From: a virus
Taxonomy: Duplodnaviria; Heunggongvirae; Uroviricota; Caudoviricetes
Reading direction: 5' to 3' (one strand)
DNA: 64,000 nucleotides
IMG/VR virus record: IMGVR_UViG_3300027628_000007
Shown here: positions 53,814 through 62,814 of the stretch, piece by piece
Layout: each line of letters begins with the position of its first letter
How positions within the stretch are numbered: position 1 is the first letter of the stretch
Position numbers and translations under genes: made by a program
The notes under the pieces: model-generated
Told to the model about the DNA's origin: nothing
The model's input: the letters and a program-made list of their open reading frames with translations, nothing else
Database searches by the model: none

Positions 53814-54080
53814 TCACTCCTTCAATGAAATTGTTGCCGTACCATAATACATGCAACCAGAAACATCATACTTGTCAGTTGTAAGCCAATAATCTACTTG
53901 CCATCCATTTGTTTCCGCTTCCGACCAATCAAACCCTTCAATTATTATATCTAAGATACTAGGATATACACCAGTTAGGTTTACTGCCTTAACGCCATTT
54001 GAAAGTTTATTTAGTTCTGCTCTTACATATGCTTTAATTTGTTCTTCCATCATTACCAACTCCCATCGTATTTTTGCCAT
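53814..54080 (-). CDS. hypothetical protein
   Basis: ORF track. Confidence 0.6.
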   Translation of the reverse strand: MAKIRWELVMMEEQIKAYVRAELNKLSNGVKAVNLTGVYPSILDIIIEGFDWSEAETNGWQVDYWLTTDKYDVSGCMYYGTATISLKE

Positions 54081-54433
54081 CTAATAACGGTGTATTTTTC
54101 CTCAACCTTTTTATCGCTTGAAACGTTATACCACCATTTACCATCTTCATAGAATCCAACATGCTTGCCACCACCAGAAGTAGTTATCCAAACCTTTCTA
54201 TTATTGTTTGGAAGTTTCTTAACTTTTAAATACTTTTCAACAAGCGATAAATACTCCTGCTTTGCTTCATCTGATACAAATAACCAATCCCCTTTTAACC
54301 TTCTTTTATATCCACTTTTTCTTGATTCATCTTTATACCTCTTTTTTTCTCTCTCAAACTCGCTAAAGAGAATTGGAAATTCATCTTTGTATTTATGTAT
54401 CGCTCTAATAATCTGCATTGTTGCACGAATCAT
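54053..54433 (-). CDS. hypothetical protein
   Basis: ORF track. Confidence 0.6.
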   Translation of the reverse strand: MIRATMQIIRAIHKYKDEFPILFSEFEREKKRYKDESRKSGYKRRLKGDWLFVSDEAKQEYLSLVEKYLKVKKLPNNNRKVWITTSGGGKHVGFYEDGKWWYNVSSDKKVEEKYTVIRWQKYDGSW

Positions 54434-54459
54434 ATCATCACCTCCATAAAAGGGAAATT

Positions 54460-54693
54460 TTATTTAGTTACTTTCTTTGCTTTACCATTTTCAATTAGTT
54501 CTTTCAACTTTGTTAACCCTATATATTGAAATCCGCTTTTTGGTGAAACACAAGTAATTATATCCGTAATATCATTAACTCTATATATAGTGTAGATGTT
54601 TTCATTTAATTCAAACTTCATACCTATTGGAAAATCTGGGTGTTTATCATTACTATAGCTTTCACCTGTCTCTTGATAACTCATGCACAACAC
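54460..54693 (-). CDS. hypothetical protein
   Basis: ORF track. Confidence 0.55.
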   Translation of the reverse strand: MLCMSYQETGESYSNDKHPDFPIGMKFELNENIYTIYRVNDITDIITCVSPKSGFQYIGLTKLKELIENGKAKKVTK

Positions 54694-54870
54694 TCCTTCA
54701 TAAAAGTAAGATTTGATTAAATCTCTTCCACATGCTTACATTCTGGATTGCAACATTTTATTTCAGTTTTAATTACATAGCTAATGTTGTAAGATATTAT
54801 TTTCACATCATTACCATTACATTTCTTACATGTGACAATGAAGTCATTTGGTTTCATATCGTCACTCCTT

Positions 54871-55206
54871 TTATATTAACGGCTCTGTCTTTAATACTTT
54901 TGAATCTGATATATATTCATTGTTGCAGAAAGGACAGCTCTCTGGCATATCATCTAAATCAGTATAGAAAACCTTATTGCAGTCATCATCGTCACAATGC
55001 CATTGATTGATTAAATGCTCTACCTCTTTCTTAACTGGTCTTAATTGCGATTCTCCAACAAATACGAAGTCCGAAAATCCTTCGATATCAACTGCATATT
55101 TCAAGCTTGGCTCACGAAAATCATTGATGTTATAAATTACACCTTCTGCAACTTTTTTACCTTTACTATTTAAAACCTCAACTTTATCTCTCACTTTGAA
55201 TCCCAT
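54871..55206 (-). CDS. hypothetical protein with C-terminal CxxC (zinc ribbon)
   Basis: ...CDDDDCNKV...CPFCNNEY. Confidence 0.55.
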   Translation of the reverse strand: MGFKVRDKVEVLNSKGKKVAEGVIYNINDFREPSLKYAVDIEGFSDFVFVGESQLRPVKKEVEHLINQWHCDDDDCNKVFYTDLDDMPESCPFCNNEYISDSKVLKTEPLI

Positions 55207-55207
55207 C

Positions 55208-55633
55208 TTAATTCTCCCCTTCGTTTACAAATTTTACAATCGTTCTACCTTCGTGACCATGAATATGCTGTACTGCATTGATATTAGGATAGATATTATG
55301 AGATGTCACATATGATTCAGACCACTCATGAATACATTTTCCACTTGGCATAATGACTCCCTGTGCTACGATTCCAGTACCGCTAACACCACTAAAGTCT
55401 TCATTGCGTTGCAGATAGTATTCTCGTAATCTCTCTTTGCATTTAGGCTTTAATGGAATTAATTTAGTATCCTTACTTTCGTTGCAGACAAATTCTTTTA
55501 CCTGTTCGATGTTATCATAGAATGATAGTGTTTTGATTGCACTAGACCACTCTAACAGCGTTACATTTGATTTAAGTGTGATACCTCTTGCTAGAACCTT
55601 ATCGTGTTTGTCAATGATTTTAAATTGCTCCAT
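55208..55633 (-). CDS. hypothetical protein
   Basis: ORF track. Confidence 0.6.
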   Translation of the reverse strand: MEQFKIIDKHDKVLARGITLKSNVTLLEWSSAIKTLSFYDNIEQVKEFVCNESKDTKLIPLKPKCKERLREYYLQRNEDFSGVSGTGIVAQGVIMPSGKCIHEWSESYVTSHNIYPNINAVQHIHGHEGRTIVKFVNEGEN

Positions 55634-55803
55634 GTTTATCGCTCCTTTTTGTATTCAGCTTTTGAAACTGCATATTGCACTGAATTGTATTGAGTGTAAA
55701 TAACTACCTCTTTACTCACCATATTTGGATAATGATTTTCTACATACTCATGTAATGCTTTGAAAATATCTTTTTCTGTTAATTTGATTTCAACTTGTGC
55801 CAT

Positions 55804-56253
55804 TTATTTCATCCCCTTTAAAATTGTCTTTGTTTCCATAAGTTCAAAGTATTCGTTCACTGTCAATATATCTCTCAAATCCTCATCGCTTACATTTTCA
55901 TTAATTACAACGCCAACATATCCTACTCCACTTACACTTGACCGTTCTTTTTCAAATTGTCCACTTGTAAAGTGCTCTAGTTCTTTACCATAACCACGTA
56001 CTATGTATCTCTCTTCGTCCTCCCAATCATCACCTCTAACATCTACGTATATAATATGTACTGGCAGTTTGAGCTTATATCTTAGGCAACACATTTCATC
56101 TGGCATTGCGTGGTCGCTCTGACCTTCGTGATACTCTTGATAATGTGGCGACCAATGATATTCATGACCATTTTCACATTTTCTATCTCCACGAAGACAC
56201 TTACAAGTCTGTACGATTCTACCTCCACAAACGATACAACTCATTACATCCAC
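55804..56253 (-). CDS. hypothetical Cys/His-rich protein
   Basis: CIVCGG...CKC...CENGHEYH. Confidence 0.55.
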   Translation of the reverse strand: MDVMSCIVCGGRIVQTCKCLRGDRKCENGHEYHWSPHYQEYHEGQSDHAMPDEMCCLRYKLKLPVHIIYVDVRGDDWEDEERYIVRGYGKELEHFTSGQFEKERSSVSGVGYVGVVINENVSDEDLRDILTVNEYFELMETKTILKGMK

Positions 56254-56279
56254 TCCTTAAATGATTATTATTTGCTTTT

Positions 56280-56308
56280 ATTATAATCTGCTGTCAAAGG
56301 ATTGTCAA
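56280..56308 (-). promoter_or_regulatory. sigmaA-type promoter TTGACA-17-TATAAT with second TGTCAA and ATCTGCTGTCAAAGGAT element in spacer
   Basis: attata atctgctgtcaaaggat tgtcaa. Confidence 0.55.
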
Positions 56309-56363
56309 GTAAATTTAGGAGGGATTTTTCAATCCCTCTATATATTAACCATCCCTTGGCTAT

Positions 56364-56392
56364 AATATACCATTATCTTTTCTCTATGTCAA
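56364..56392 (-). promoter_or_regulatory. sigmaA-type promoter (TTGACA-17-TATATT) at end of nadR
   Basis: Family spacer. Confidence 0.55.
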
Positions 56393-57412
56393 CAAGTTAT
56401 CGACATAATTTATTGCTTTTGTAATTCTTTCGTTGTAATTGCCTTTAATCGTTATGTATTGGACACCCATGTATCTTAACATATACTTTAAATCATCATT
56501 GTTCTGCTCACGCACATGTTGCTCACCGAATGTCCTAGTGCCATCGTCAACCCATTTTACATCTGGCTCTAGGAAAATCCATAGGTCATACTTTTGATTG
56601 TTTGCAATACGTGTTAGAAGTGCATCTCGCTCATTTAAATATGCTTTTAAATAGTATTGCGTAACAATCGCTTCTGTGTCAACAAAGAGCACTTTGTTAG
56701 CATTCTTTAAAGCATTAAATTCATCTACCTTATGTTGGTATGCAATGAGCTGATAATCTTCTGCCATTGTAATGTCTTTACATCCACCTAATTCCTCATA
56801 GAATGTGCGACCATATTCTTCTACGTAATTAGTATTATACAATGTTGCTAGATTTTTGACAAGTGTTGATTTGCCACAAGATTCTGTTCCTACAATAACT
56901 ACTTTTTTAACATAATATCGTCTTACTACTTCTGGTAGAAGCTCCCAATTTTTATAGACACCTTCTGTACGAAGCTTTGTAGCGGATATTGTATACTTTT
57001 CACGATTCGCATCGACTACGACATGTTCTGCATCTGGGTATAACACATTGAAAAACTCTGTGTAAGCATGTTCGGAAGAGAATACGTGAGTGATAGGTTC
57101 ACCCACAGCTTTCTTAATCCCTTCCGCACCTTGCTTCCAACTCTCAATCTTGCCTGTATTCTCTTCGTATACAGCGTGTACATGTACATGGGGCATATCC
57201 TTTGTAATTTCCGTCCACCATCTTACACGTTGTTTATGGTCAACATGTGGAAGGAAACTATCTTTACTAAGCACGTTCTTCTCATAATTCTCATCATATG
57301 AAACTATTACATGTAGCTCATCAACCATTGTTGATGCCATTGTCATTGCAAACACATGACCCATATGTATTGGATAAAACTTTCCACCTAAAAATCCTAC
57401 TGTTTTTGACAT
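56384..57412 (-). CDS. nadR: NadR-like bifunctional NMN adenylyltransferase / ribosylnicotinamide kinase
   Basis: N-terminal GGKFYPIHMGHV (HxGH nucleotidyltransferase, near-identical to the NadR NMNAT motif GKFYPLHTGH); C-terminal Walker A GTESCGKSTL (RNK domain). Confidence 0.85.
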   Translation of the reverse strand: MSKTVGFLGGKFYPIHMGHVFAMTMASTMVDELHVIVSYDENYEKNVLSKDSFLPHVDHKQRVRWWTEITKDMPHVHVHAVYEENTGKIESWKQGAEGIKKAVGEPITHVFSSEHAYTEFFNVLYPDAEHVVVDANREKYTISATKLRTEGVYKNWELLPEVVRRYYVKKVVIVGTESCGKSTLVKNLATLYNTNYVEEYGRTFYEELGGCKDITMAEDYQLIAYQHKVDEFNALKNANKVLFVDTEAIVTQYYLKAYLNERDALLTRIANNQKYDLWIFLEPDVKWVDDGTRTFGEQHVREQNNDDLKYMLRYMGVQYITIKGNYNERITKAINYVDNLLT

Positions 57413-57912
57413 TTCTCTTCCCTCTTTCTTTTATCTTCATGCATTTTTCTAGTATTATCTGCTAAAGTTAACCATTGACAATTGCTAGGCTCATAATCTC
57501 CATCTGCATCAATTCTGTCAATAGACAATCCTTCCTCATATCCATTTTCTATAGCCCATTTGTAAAATGGTTCAAATTTCTGCCATTCATCGCAAACCTT
57601 AATTCCCCTGCCACCATATCGTTCATATCCTGTTATGGTAGGAGTGCTACATCGACCTTTCATTGTAGCCCATAGCTTATAGATTTTAGTCCCATCCATA
57701 CCATGTTTCTTATTTTGTTTACCTATCTTGCTTAGATTTTCTTTTCTTAGGCAACCGCAAGATTGTTGTTTCCCTGTCCTTACATTTCTATATGCAACAT
57801 CCTTTTCGTTACCGCAATCGCACTTGACTCGTACATATCGTTCTTTCTTTCTAACATCTAAAATCTCTATGACAGTTAATCTATTGAATCTGTCACCAAT
57901 TTTTGCTCCCAA
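57397..57912 (-). CDS. homing-endonuclease-like (HNH/AP2-associated) phage protein
   Basis: N-terminal GDRFNRLTVIE...CDCGN...SCGC and C-terminal GLSIDRIDADGDYEPSNCQWLT motifs common in phage HNH/AP2-type HEG proteins. Confidence 0.45.
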   Translation of the reverse strand: MGAKIGDRFNRLTVIEILDVRKKERYVRVKCDCGNEKDVAYRNVRTGKQQSCGCLRKENLSKIGKQNKKHGMDGTKIYKLWATMKGRCSTPTITGYERYGGRGIKVCDEWQKFEPFYKWAIENGYEEGLSIDRIDADGDYEPSNCQWLTLADNTRKMHEDKRKREEKCQKQ

Positions 57913-58653
57913 TTACGCCACCTCATTTTGTTCTTTCGCATTTTTCGACCATTTGATGTAACCATAGATACTGTTGCATAAGTACGCACACCACATAACT
58001 AATACTGTAACATTTCCTCCATCATGCATGAAAGCGTTAAACCATAGAATGATAGTTAAAGTGTTTACTGCAATCCATAACAACCATTGTTCTGCATATC
58101 GTTTAAGCATTAAAAGTTGAGCTGTAATTGATAATGTTACTGCGAATCCATCAATACCTGCTTGCTTACTGCCAATCATATGTAAGAATACACCGTACAA
58201 GATTCCAACCGTTAAAACTGTTAATGCTACGTATAACCAACCTTTTTTTGTTAACTTCTTAGCTTTTACTACTGTATCATTTTCTGTTACTGACTTATTC
58301 TTGCTCCAAACATAGAATCCAATAAATTGCATTGGGAAGTATAAGAAAGCATTTAGCATAAACTCACCATATAGCTGTGCACTGTAAGCTATGTAAGCGT
58401 ATAACGCTGTGTTGATTGCCCCAAAGAAGTAGTTTCCTATTTTTCCTTTGGCTACGAGAACTACGCACAACATACCAGTTAGAGAAGATGCTAGTCCGAT
58501 TAATGTATCATCGAATGCAAAGTACATATAGATAATAAGTGCTGTGAATGATGTTAACCATGTTAATTCGAATGCTGACCAACCTTTTAATAGTGTTTTC
58601 ATAATAATTTCCACCTTTACGTTATTTTTTAAAAAACATGAATATAATTTCAA
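57913..58653 (-). CDS. pnuC: PnuC nicotinamide riboside transporter
   Basis: About 245 aa with 7-8 TM helices and Trp-rich motifs (YFPMQFIGFYVWSKN) typical of PnuC; same operon as nadR. Confidence 0.75.
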   Translation of the reverse strand: MKLYSCFLKNNVKVEIIMKTLLKGWSAFELTWLTSFTALIIYMYFAFDDTLIGLASSLTGMLCVVLVAKGKIGNYFFGAINTALYAYIAYSAQLYGEFMLNAFLYFPMQFIGFYVWSKNKSVTENDTVVKAKKLTKKGWLYVALTVLTVGILYGVFLHMIGSKQAGIDGFAVTLSITAQLLMLKRYAEQWLLWIAVNTLTIILWFNAFMHDGGNVTVLVMWCAYLCNSIYGYIKWSKNAKEQNEVA

Positions 58654-58857
58654 GCATTATACAGAAGATGTCGGCAATTCCTGCAAATATTTCTCCCCAA
58701 CCAGAGGAATCTTTCTTCTTCTTAGTAATCGTAATCACCCTTTCGAAGCTTCTCTTTCACTTTCTTGCGGTCATTCTTCTTCTTTTTCTTTTCATCTGCC
58801 ACAGTTGGTGGTGGCATGACCCCTCTTGATTGAGTCATGACACCAATTGTTTTCTTC

Positions 58858-59106
58858 TTATTTCGCTTCTTTTTCTTTGCCATTGATAGATTCAACTGCC
58901 TTTCTAATTTTCTCTTTACGGAATTTCAACTGCTCTGCAACGAATTGCTCAAATGTGTAAGGCACTGCATCTACTCTCTCTGAAAAGTCAACATGGTTTT
59001 TATACTGTATTGCAAAGTGTTCAACCAATTCGTTTGTAACTACCTCTTTAATGTGCTCACCATTTGCTAATTTGATTTCCATTGTAGTTTTTCCCATTTG
59101 TACCAA
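58858..59106 (-). CDS. hypothetical protein
   Basis: ORF track; perfect promoter upstream. Confidence 0.6.
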   Translation of the reverse strand: MVQMGKTTMEIKLANGEHIKEVVTNELVEHFAIQYKNHVDFSERVDAVPYTFEQFVAEQLKFRKEKIRKAVESINGKEKEAK

Positions 59107-59118
59107 CCTCCGATTTTT

Positions 59119-59147
59119 ATTATATGGTTATCTTTTGTTTTTGTCAA
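59119..59147 (-). promoter_or_regulatory. sigmaA-type promoter, perfect TTGACA-17-TATAAT
   Basis: attata tggttatcttttgtttt tgtcaa. Confidence 0.7.
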
Positions 59148-59157
59148 TATCTTTTTT

Positions 59158-59268
59158 AGCAGGTAGCTTATGTCGATTAATACAATATATATTATATCTT
59201 CTTGTATATCTTTATGTTGTATATATCTTTATATATATTGTTAATTAGTCGATTTAGACTACCTGCTA
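59158..59268. repeat. 11-bp perfect inverted repeat (TTAGCAGGTAG ... CTACCTGCTAA) flanking an AT-rich tract with tandem TGTATAT(A)TCTTTAT units
   Basis: Read from sequence; non-coding. Confidence 0.5.
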
Positions 59269-59274
59269 AATTTA

Positions 59275-59451
59275 CTATTCGTGAATCTCTTCGAAATCTG
59301 TACCGCCACAATCTGGACACTTCTCAATTTTTGCTCTCTGCATGTGGTCACAGTAGTAACCGCAATCCGTACAAGCATGGATTTCAATTGGATTTAATAA
59401 GCTCCCATTTTCGTTTACATCATTTTCATTTGCAAATTCATAGTTTTTCAT
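59275..59451 (-). CDS. small zinc-ribbon protein (58 aa), not in ORF track
   Basis: RBS AAGGGAGAttataacATG; CTDCG...CPDCGG. Confidence 0.45.
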   Translation of the reverse strand: MKNYEFANENDVNENGSLLNPIEIHACTDCGYYCDHMQRAKIEKCPDCGGTDFEEIHE

Positions 59452-59492
59452 GTTATAATCTCCCTTTGTGTTTGTTTTTTGTTTACAAGCTT

Positions 59493-59521
59493 ATTGTAGC
59501 ATGCTACTATTCTGCTGTCAA
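59493..59521 (-). promoter_or_regulatory. palindromic-class promoter: TTGACA(-35 inside ATCTGTTGACAGCAGAAT)-17-TACAAT
   Basis: attgta gcatgctactattctgc tgtcaa; drives small Zn-ribbon gene. Confidence 0.55.
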
Positions 59522-59538
59522 CAGATTATTTATTATTT

Positions 59539-59970
59539 TTATGCTACCATTTTTAATGTGATGATTTCATTATTATACTCATCTTCGCTGTGAATAATAT
59601 CAAAGTCTACTAAATACCGTTTATAGTCAACATATTCATCTGGTATCATAATATTTGTATCATTAACCAAATGACGATACCAAATCCAATCTAATAGCTT
59701 ATTCTGCTCATGAAACTCCTTTCTCGGCTCTGAAATAATTAGAAGACCATCCTGCTTCAATAGACGTTTGAACTCGTTGAATAGTGTAGGCAGGTCTTGT
59801 TCTGGTATGTGATGAATAACGTTGCGACAATGAATCGCTTCGAATGAATGGTCTTTAGCTCCTAAGACCTTGTAGTCCTTTATGTAGTAGTCATAGTTAG
59901 GCGTACCGACAAAATCACTTGTTAAAAATCCTTGTTTTGGCTGTCTTCCAGAGCCGTAATCTAACTTCAT
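59539..59970 (-). CDS. class I SAM-dependent methyltransferase (small)
   Basis: LDYGSGRQ (motif I-like), ...FNEFKRLLKQDGLLIISEP (post-I/II). Confidence 0.55.
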   Translation of the reverse strand: MKLDYGSGRQPKQGFLTSDFVGTPNYDYYIKDYKVLGAKDHSFEAIHCRNVIHHIPEQDLPTLFNEFKRLLKQDGLLIISEPRKEFHEQNKLLDWIWYRHLVNDTNIMIPDEYVDYKRYLVDFDIIHSEDEYNNEIITLKMVA

Positions 59971-59985
59971 TTCAATCTCTCTCCT

Positions 59986-60249
59986 TTAATTCATTTTATA
60001 AGCCTTGCAAACCCAAGGGTAATCTTCATCGCCTTCTTCATCTGAAAAGAAAAGCTCTAACTCTACTATAAATCCATTTTCCATAGTTACAGTTGCTTCA
60101 TAGTAGTTTTGTAGCCAATCACAATCACCTTCATTAACATTTTCTATGCCACCCCATTCACTAGGCAAAGTGTCAAATGAATGCTCAATCGCACCTTCAT
60201 ACATTAAGTGGTTGCCAAAAGTATTCTCATGTACTAGTTCTCTAGCCAT
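59986..60249 (-). CDS. hypothetical protein
   Basis: ORF track. Confidence 0.6.
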   Translation of the reverse strand: MARELVHENTFGNHLMYEGAIEHSFDTLPSEWGGIENVNEGDCDWLQNYYEATVTMENGFIVELELFFSDEEGDEDYPWVCKAYKMN

Positions 60250-60505
60250 TCAAATCATTCCTTCCTCTTGTTACTAATCTTGCACTAGTATCCATATTCC
60301 TTAAATACTCTTTAGCCTTCTCAAATTGCCCATCAGACATCATCAGAGCCTTTCGGCAATCTAATCTACTAAATTCACCATTCAACTCTTCATAAAGTCG
60401 TTGAGCACTTCTCTTTTGGAATTTGCAAGCATAACACAATCCGTCATTCAGCGTGTGTATGATGTAATTCATCGGTGTTTCACAAAACTTACAATTTTCG
60501 CTCAT
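60242..60505 (-). CDS. hypothetical Cys-containing protein
   Basis: ORF track; CKFCE...CYAC. Confidence 0.6.
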   Translation of the reverse strand: MSENCKFCETPMNYIIHTLNDGLCYACKFQKRSAQRLYEELNGEFSRLDCRKALMMSDGQFEKAKEYLRNMDTSARLVTRGRNDLNG

Positions 60506-60527
60506 GTCATCACCTCCTTATGTACTC

Positions 60528-60556
60528 ATATTACCATCATTAAAATCTGCTGTCAA
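60528..60556 (-). promoter_or_regulatory. palindromic-class promoter: -35 inside AATCTGTTGACAGCAGATT, 17 bp, TAATAT
   Basis: atatta ccatcattaaaatctgc tgtcaa cagattt. Confidence 0.55.
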
Positions 60557-60809
60557 CAGATTTATATTTAAATTTTGGTTCTTCTGCAAAATCTCTTAAT
60601 TCTGAATCATAATTAATTACATATGTAAGGGCATCAATCTGTATGCTTAGTGCATTAATCATGCTCATTAAACGAGAATACTCCCTTTTATCTGGGTCTG
60701 ACATTTCAGACCATTTTGAAATAGGATATTTGAATTTATTCGACTCTAAATTGTTTAATTTACTTCTCAATTCTTCACGTTTCTTTAGTATTACATCTAA
60801 TGTTTTCAT
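60540..60809 (-). CDS. hypothetical protein
   Basis: ORF track. Confidence 0.6.
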   Translation of the reverse strand: MKTLDVILKKREELRSKLNNLESNKFKYPISKWSEMSDPDKREYSRLMSMINALSIQIDALTYVINYDSELRDFAEEPKFKYKSVDSRF

Positions 60810-60810
60810 A

Positions 60811-61005
60811 TTACAACCCCTCTTTACCTTTCTTGTACACGTCTAGCTTCTTCACGACCTGCTCACCATGCGTGCCTGTTTGAATTACAGATACAGACAA
60901 CCCAACTGGATAACCTTTCTGTCTAAGAAACTCAAAGATTTCATTTGCTAGTTCTGGATTATGACAATATACAATATCTTCCATATTCGAGAATGGCACT
61001 GCCAT
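60811..61005 (-). CDS. hypothetical protein
   Basis: ORF track. Confidence 0.55.
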   Translation of the reverse strand: MAVPFSNMEDIVYCHNPELANEIFEFLRQKGYPVGLSVSVIQTGTHGEQVVKKLDVYKKGKEGL

Positions 61006-61019
61006 ATGTATTCCTCCCT

Positions 61020-61316
61020 TTATACACCGTATTTTACTGTACTACGTAGTTCCTCTAACGCTTCTTGATTAACCTCTTCACAGTCTTCCAAGTCTCTTAA
61101 TGCTTCCTTTGGAGAATACCCTAATGCAAGACCTTCTTGAAAGGCATCTATAGTCTCTCTATAGGTCATCTTACCCCTTACATCAATAGTATTACTTTTA
61201 CAGCAAACACTACAGCTTTCATGCCAAGTATAATATCTTTTACCGCAATTCTTACATTCCATTTTTCTTCTGAACACTCTCTTTAAAAATTCCAACATAG
61301 CAACCACTCCCACCAT
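61020..61316 (-). CDS. hypothetical zinc-finger protein (CKNCG...CSVCC)
   Basis: ORF track. Confidence 0.6.
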   Translation of the reverse strand: MVGVVAMLEFLKRVFRRKMECKNCGKRYYTWHESCSVCCKSNTIDVRGKMTYRETIDAFQEGLALGYSPKEALRDLEDCEEVNQEALEELRSTVKYGV

Positions 61317-61681
61317 CTTTTTTTCTTCTCTTCTTCTGGCTCAATAATTGGCTCAAATGCATATTTTATATCTGTTCCAAAGTAACATGGCACTATCGCA
61401 ACCACTTTAACCAATCTCCATTTCCAATCCCAACCTAAAGCAATAGTGTCTCCAACTTGTGGATAATCATTAAATTGAGGATACGAGAAGAAAACTGTAT
61501 TCTCGTTGCGGTCAACCCATCCATCGTCTGGATGCGAAGCTTTTACGCCTTGTGAGCGTAAATCTGCTATCCATTGTCTTTTATTTTGCTCCATTTCATC
61601 ACCAATTTTATTCCAATGATGAATCCATTCTGCGTTATTACTTTCGCAATAACCGTCTTTGCTCTTATAATCATACGCCAT
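61283..61681 (-). CDS. hypothetical protein
   Basis: ORF track; conserved leader GGGGTGATAGTATG. Confidence 0.6.
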   Translation of the reverse strand: MAYDYKSKDGYCESNNAEWIHHWNKIGDEMEQNKRQWIADLRSQGVKASHPDDGWVDRNENTVFFSYPQFNDYPQVGDTIALGWDWKWRLVKVVAIVPCYFGTDIKYAFEPIIEPEEEKKKRWWEWLLCWNF

Positions 61682-61708
61682 ACTATCACCCCTTATAAAA
61701 TTGAGTTT

Positions 61709-61858
61709 TTATCTATTGACTTTATGATAATCTTCTGCTATTTCATACAGCTTAATCATATCACCAACTGTACTTGCAGTCCTGTCATACCATACAACTT
61801 CATTATACTTATTACACCAATCTGCATCGCACATCATACCAATTTTAGTTTCGTACAT
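61709..61858 (-). CDS. small hypothetical protein (about 49 aa), not in ORF track
   Basis: RBS GAGAGAGGttctATG. Coordinates approximate. Confidence 0.35.
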   Translation of the reverse strand: MYETKIGMMCDADWCNKYNEVVWYDRTASTVGDMIKLYEIAEDYHKVNR

Positions 61859-62042
61859 AGAAACCTCTCTCATGCTATCACCCTTTCATAAAAGTAAACT
61901 TTTATCTTGTAATTTTATCTCCAATTAAACTAATTGTATATAAAATTACTAAAACACCAACTAGAATATATATTGGTAAATCATGCTCTAAATACTTAAA
62001 ATAATCCACTATTTAATCACCTCATAAAAGTAAAATTTTATC

Positions 62043-62216
62043 CTACTCTACAAATTCCCTTTTATTTATGCTTAAAATTACGCTATCATCTGTATCTGCA
62101 CCAATTTCTATTTCATGGTCTTCTGTCAATATAGTTACGCCATATGGCTGAATATCAACACTCTCAATCTTTTCTCTGTTAAGGATATTTTTTAGCTCTT
62201 TCTCTTCATAATTCAT
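62043..62216 (-). CDS. small hypothetical protein (57 aa), not in ORF track
   Basis: Leader GAAAGGGTGATAGTATG shared with neighbouring genes. Confidence 0.4.
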   Translation of the reverse strand: MNYEEKELKNILNREKIESVDIQPYGVTILTEDHEIEIGADTDDSVILSINKREFVE

Positions 62217-62228
62217 ACTATCACCCTT

Positions 62229-62426
62229 TCATCTCTTCTTTAATCCGTCTGGCTTGAATTTCAATTTCTCATCATCATTCAAATAATGCTTAAATCCTCC
62301 CTTGTAATAAAGGCAAATGTTGCCTGCCTTTGTTACACTATAAGCAACAGGAATTAACCTTTCTTTCTGCATATGATATTCCTCACCCTGTAATCTCTTC
62401 ATATTATCATTTCCTAATCCATCCAA
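62229..62426 (-). CDS. hypothetical protein
   Basis: ORF track. Confidence 0.55.
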   Translation of the reverse strand: MDGLGNDNMKRLQGEEYHMQKERLIPVAYSVTKAGNICLYYKGGFKHYLNDDEKLKFKPDGLKKR

Positions 62427-62647
62427 TGTATCACTGCAAACTTTCCATTATGCTTTGTAGTAGGATTATACAATTCTTCCTGTACCTTTTCATAATTGTT
62501 GAAGTTATCCGTTTCATCAATGACTACATCTATACCTCCCCATTCTTTCTTTACCTGCTCAATATTATTATCTGTAATGGTTTCTATGTAGTATCTCATA
62601 TGGTTGTTTGTAAACAGTATAACCACCTTTTTATCCATACCTCTCAT
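62414..62647 (-). CDS. hypothetical protein
   Basis: ORF track. Confidence 0.55.
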   Translation of the reverse strand: MRGMDKKVVILFTNNHMRYYIETITDNNIEQVKKEWGGIDVVIDETDNFNNYEKVQEELYNPTTKHNGKFAVIHWMD

Positions 62648-62814
62648 ACTATCTCCCCCTTGCGTACCATTCTCTAAATGGATTTTGACTTAAAACTACT
62701 AACCCACCATCTTTAAATCTAACAATCAATTCGCCTGCATGACTTATTTTAACCTCCTTTACTTCTCTATTCTCCATTAACTCTTTAATTCCCTCTATTT
62801 TAGACTTATCCATA

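Noticed and set aside
150-61891. All plus-strand ORFs in the six-frame track (e.g. 150..530, 657..914, 3306..3515, 7681..8004, 22300..22662, 34205..34567, 42019..42387, 51950..52360, 59202..59561, 61574..61891)
   Set aside because: Each lies entirely inside or across a well-supported minus-strand gene. They lack RBS sequences, have low-complexity Leu/Ser/Phe-rich composition typical of antisense frames of AT-rich coding DNA, and are not preceded by any promoter copy (all promoter copies face the other way).
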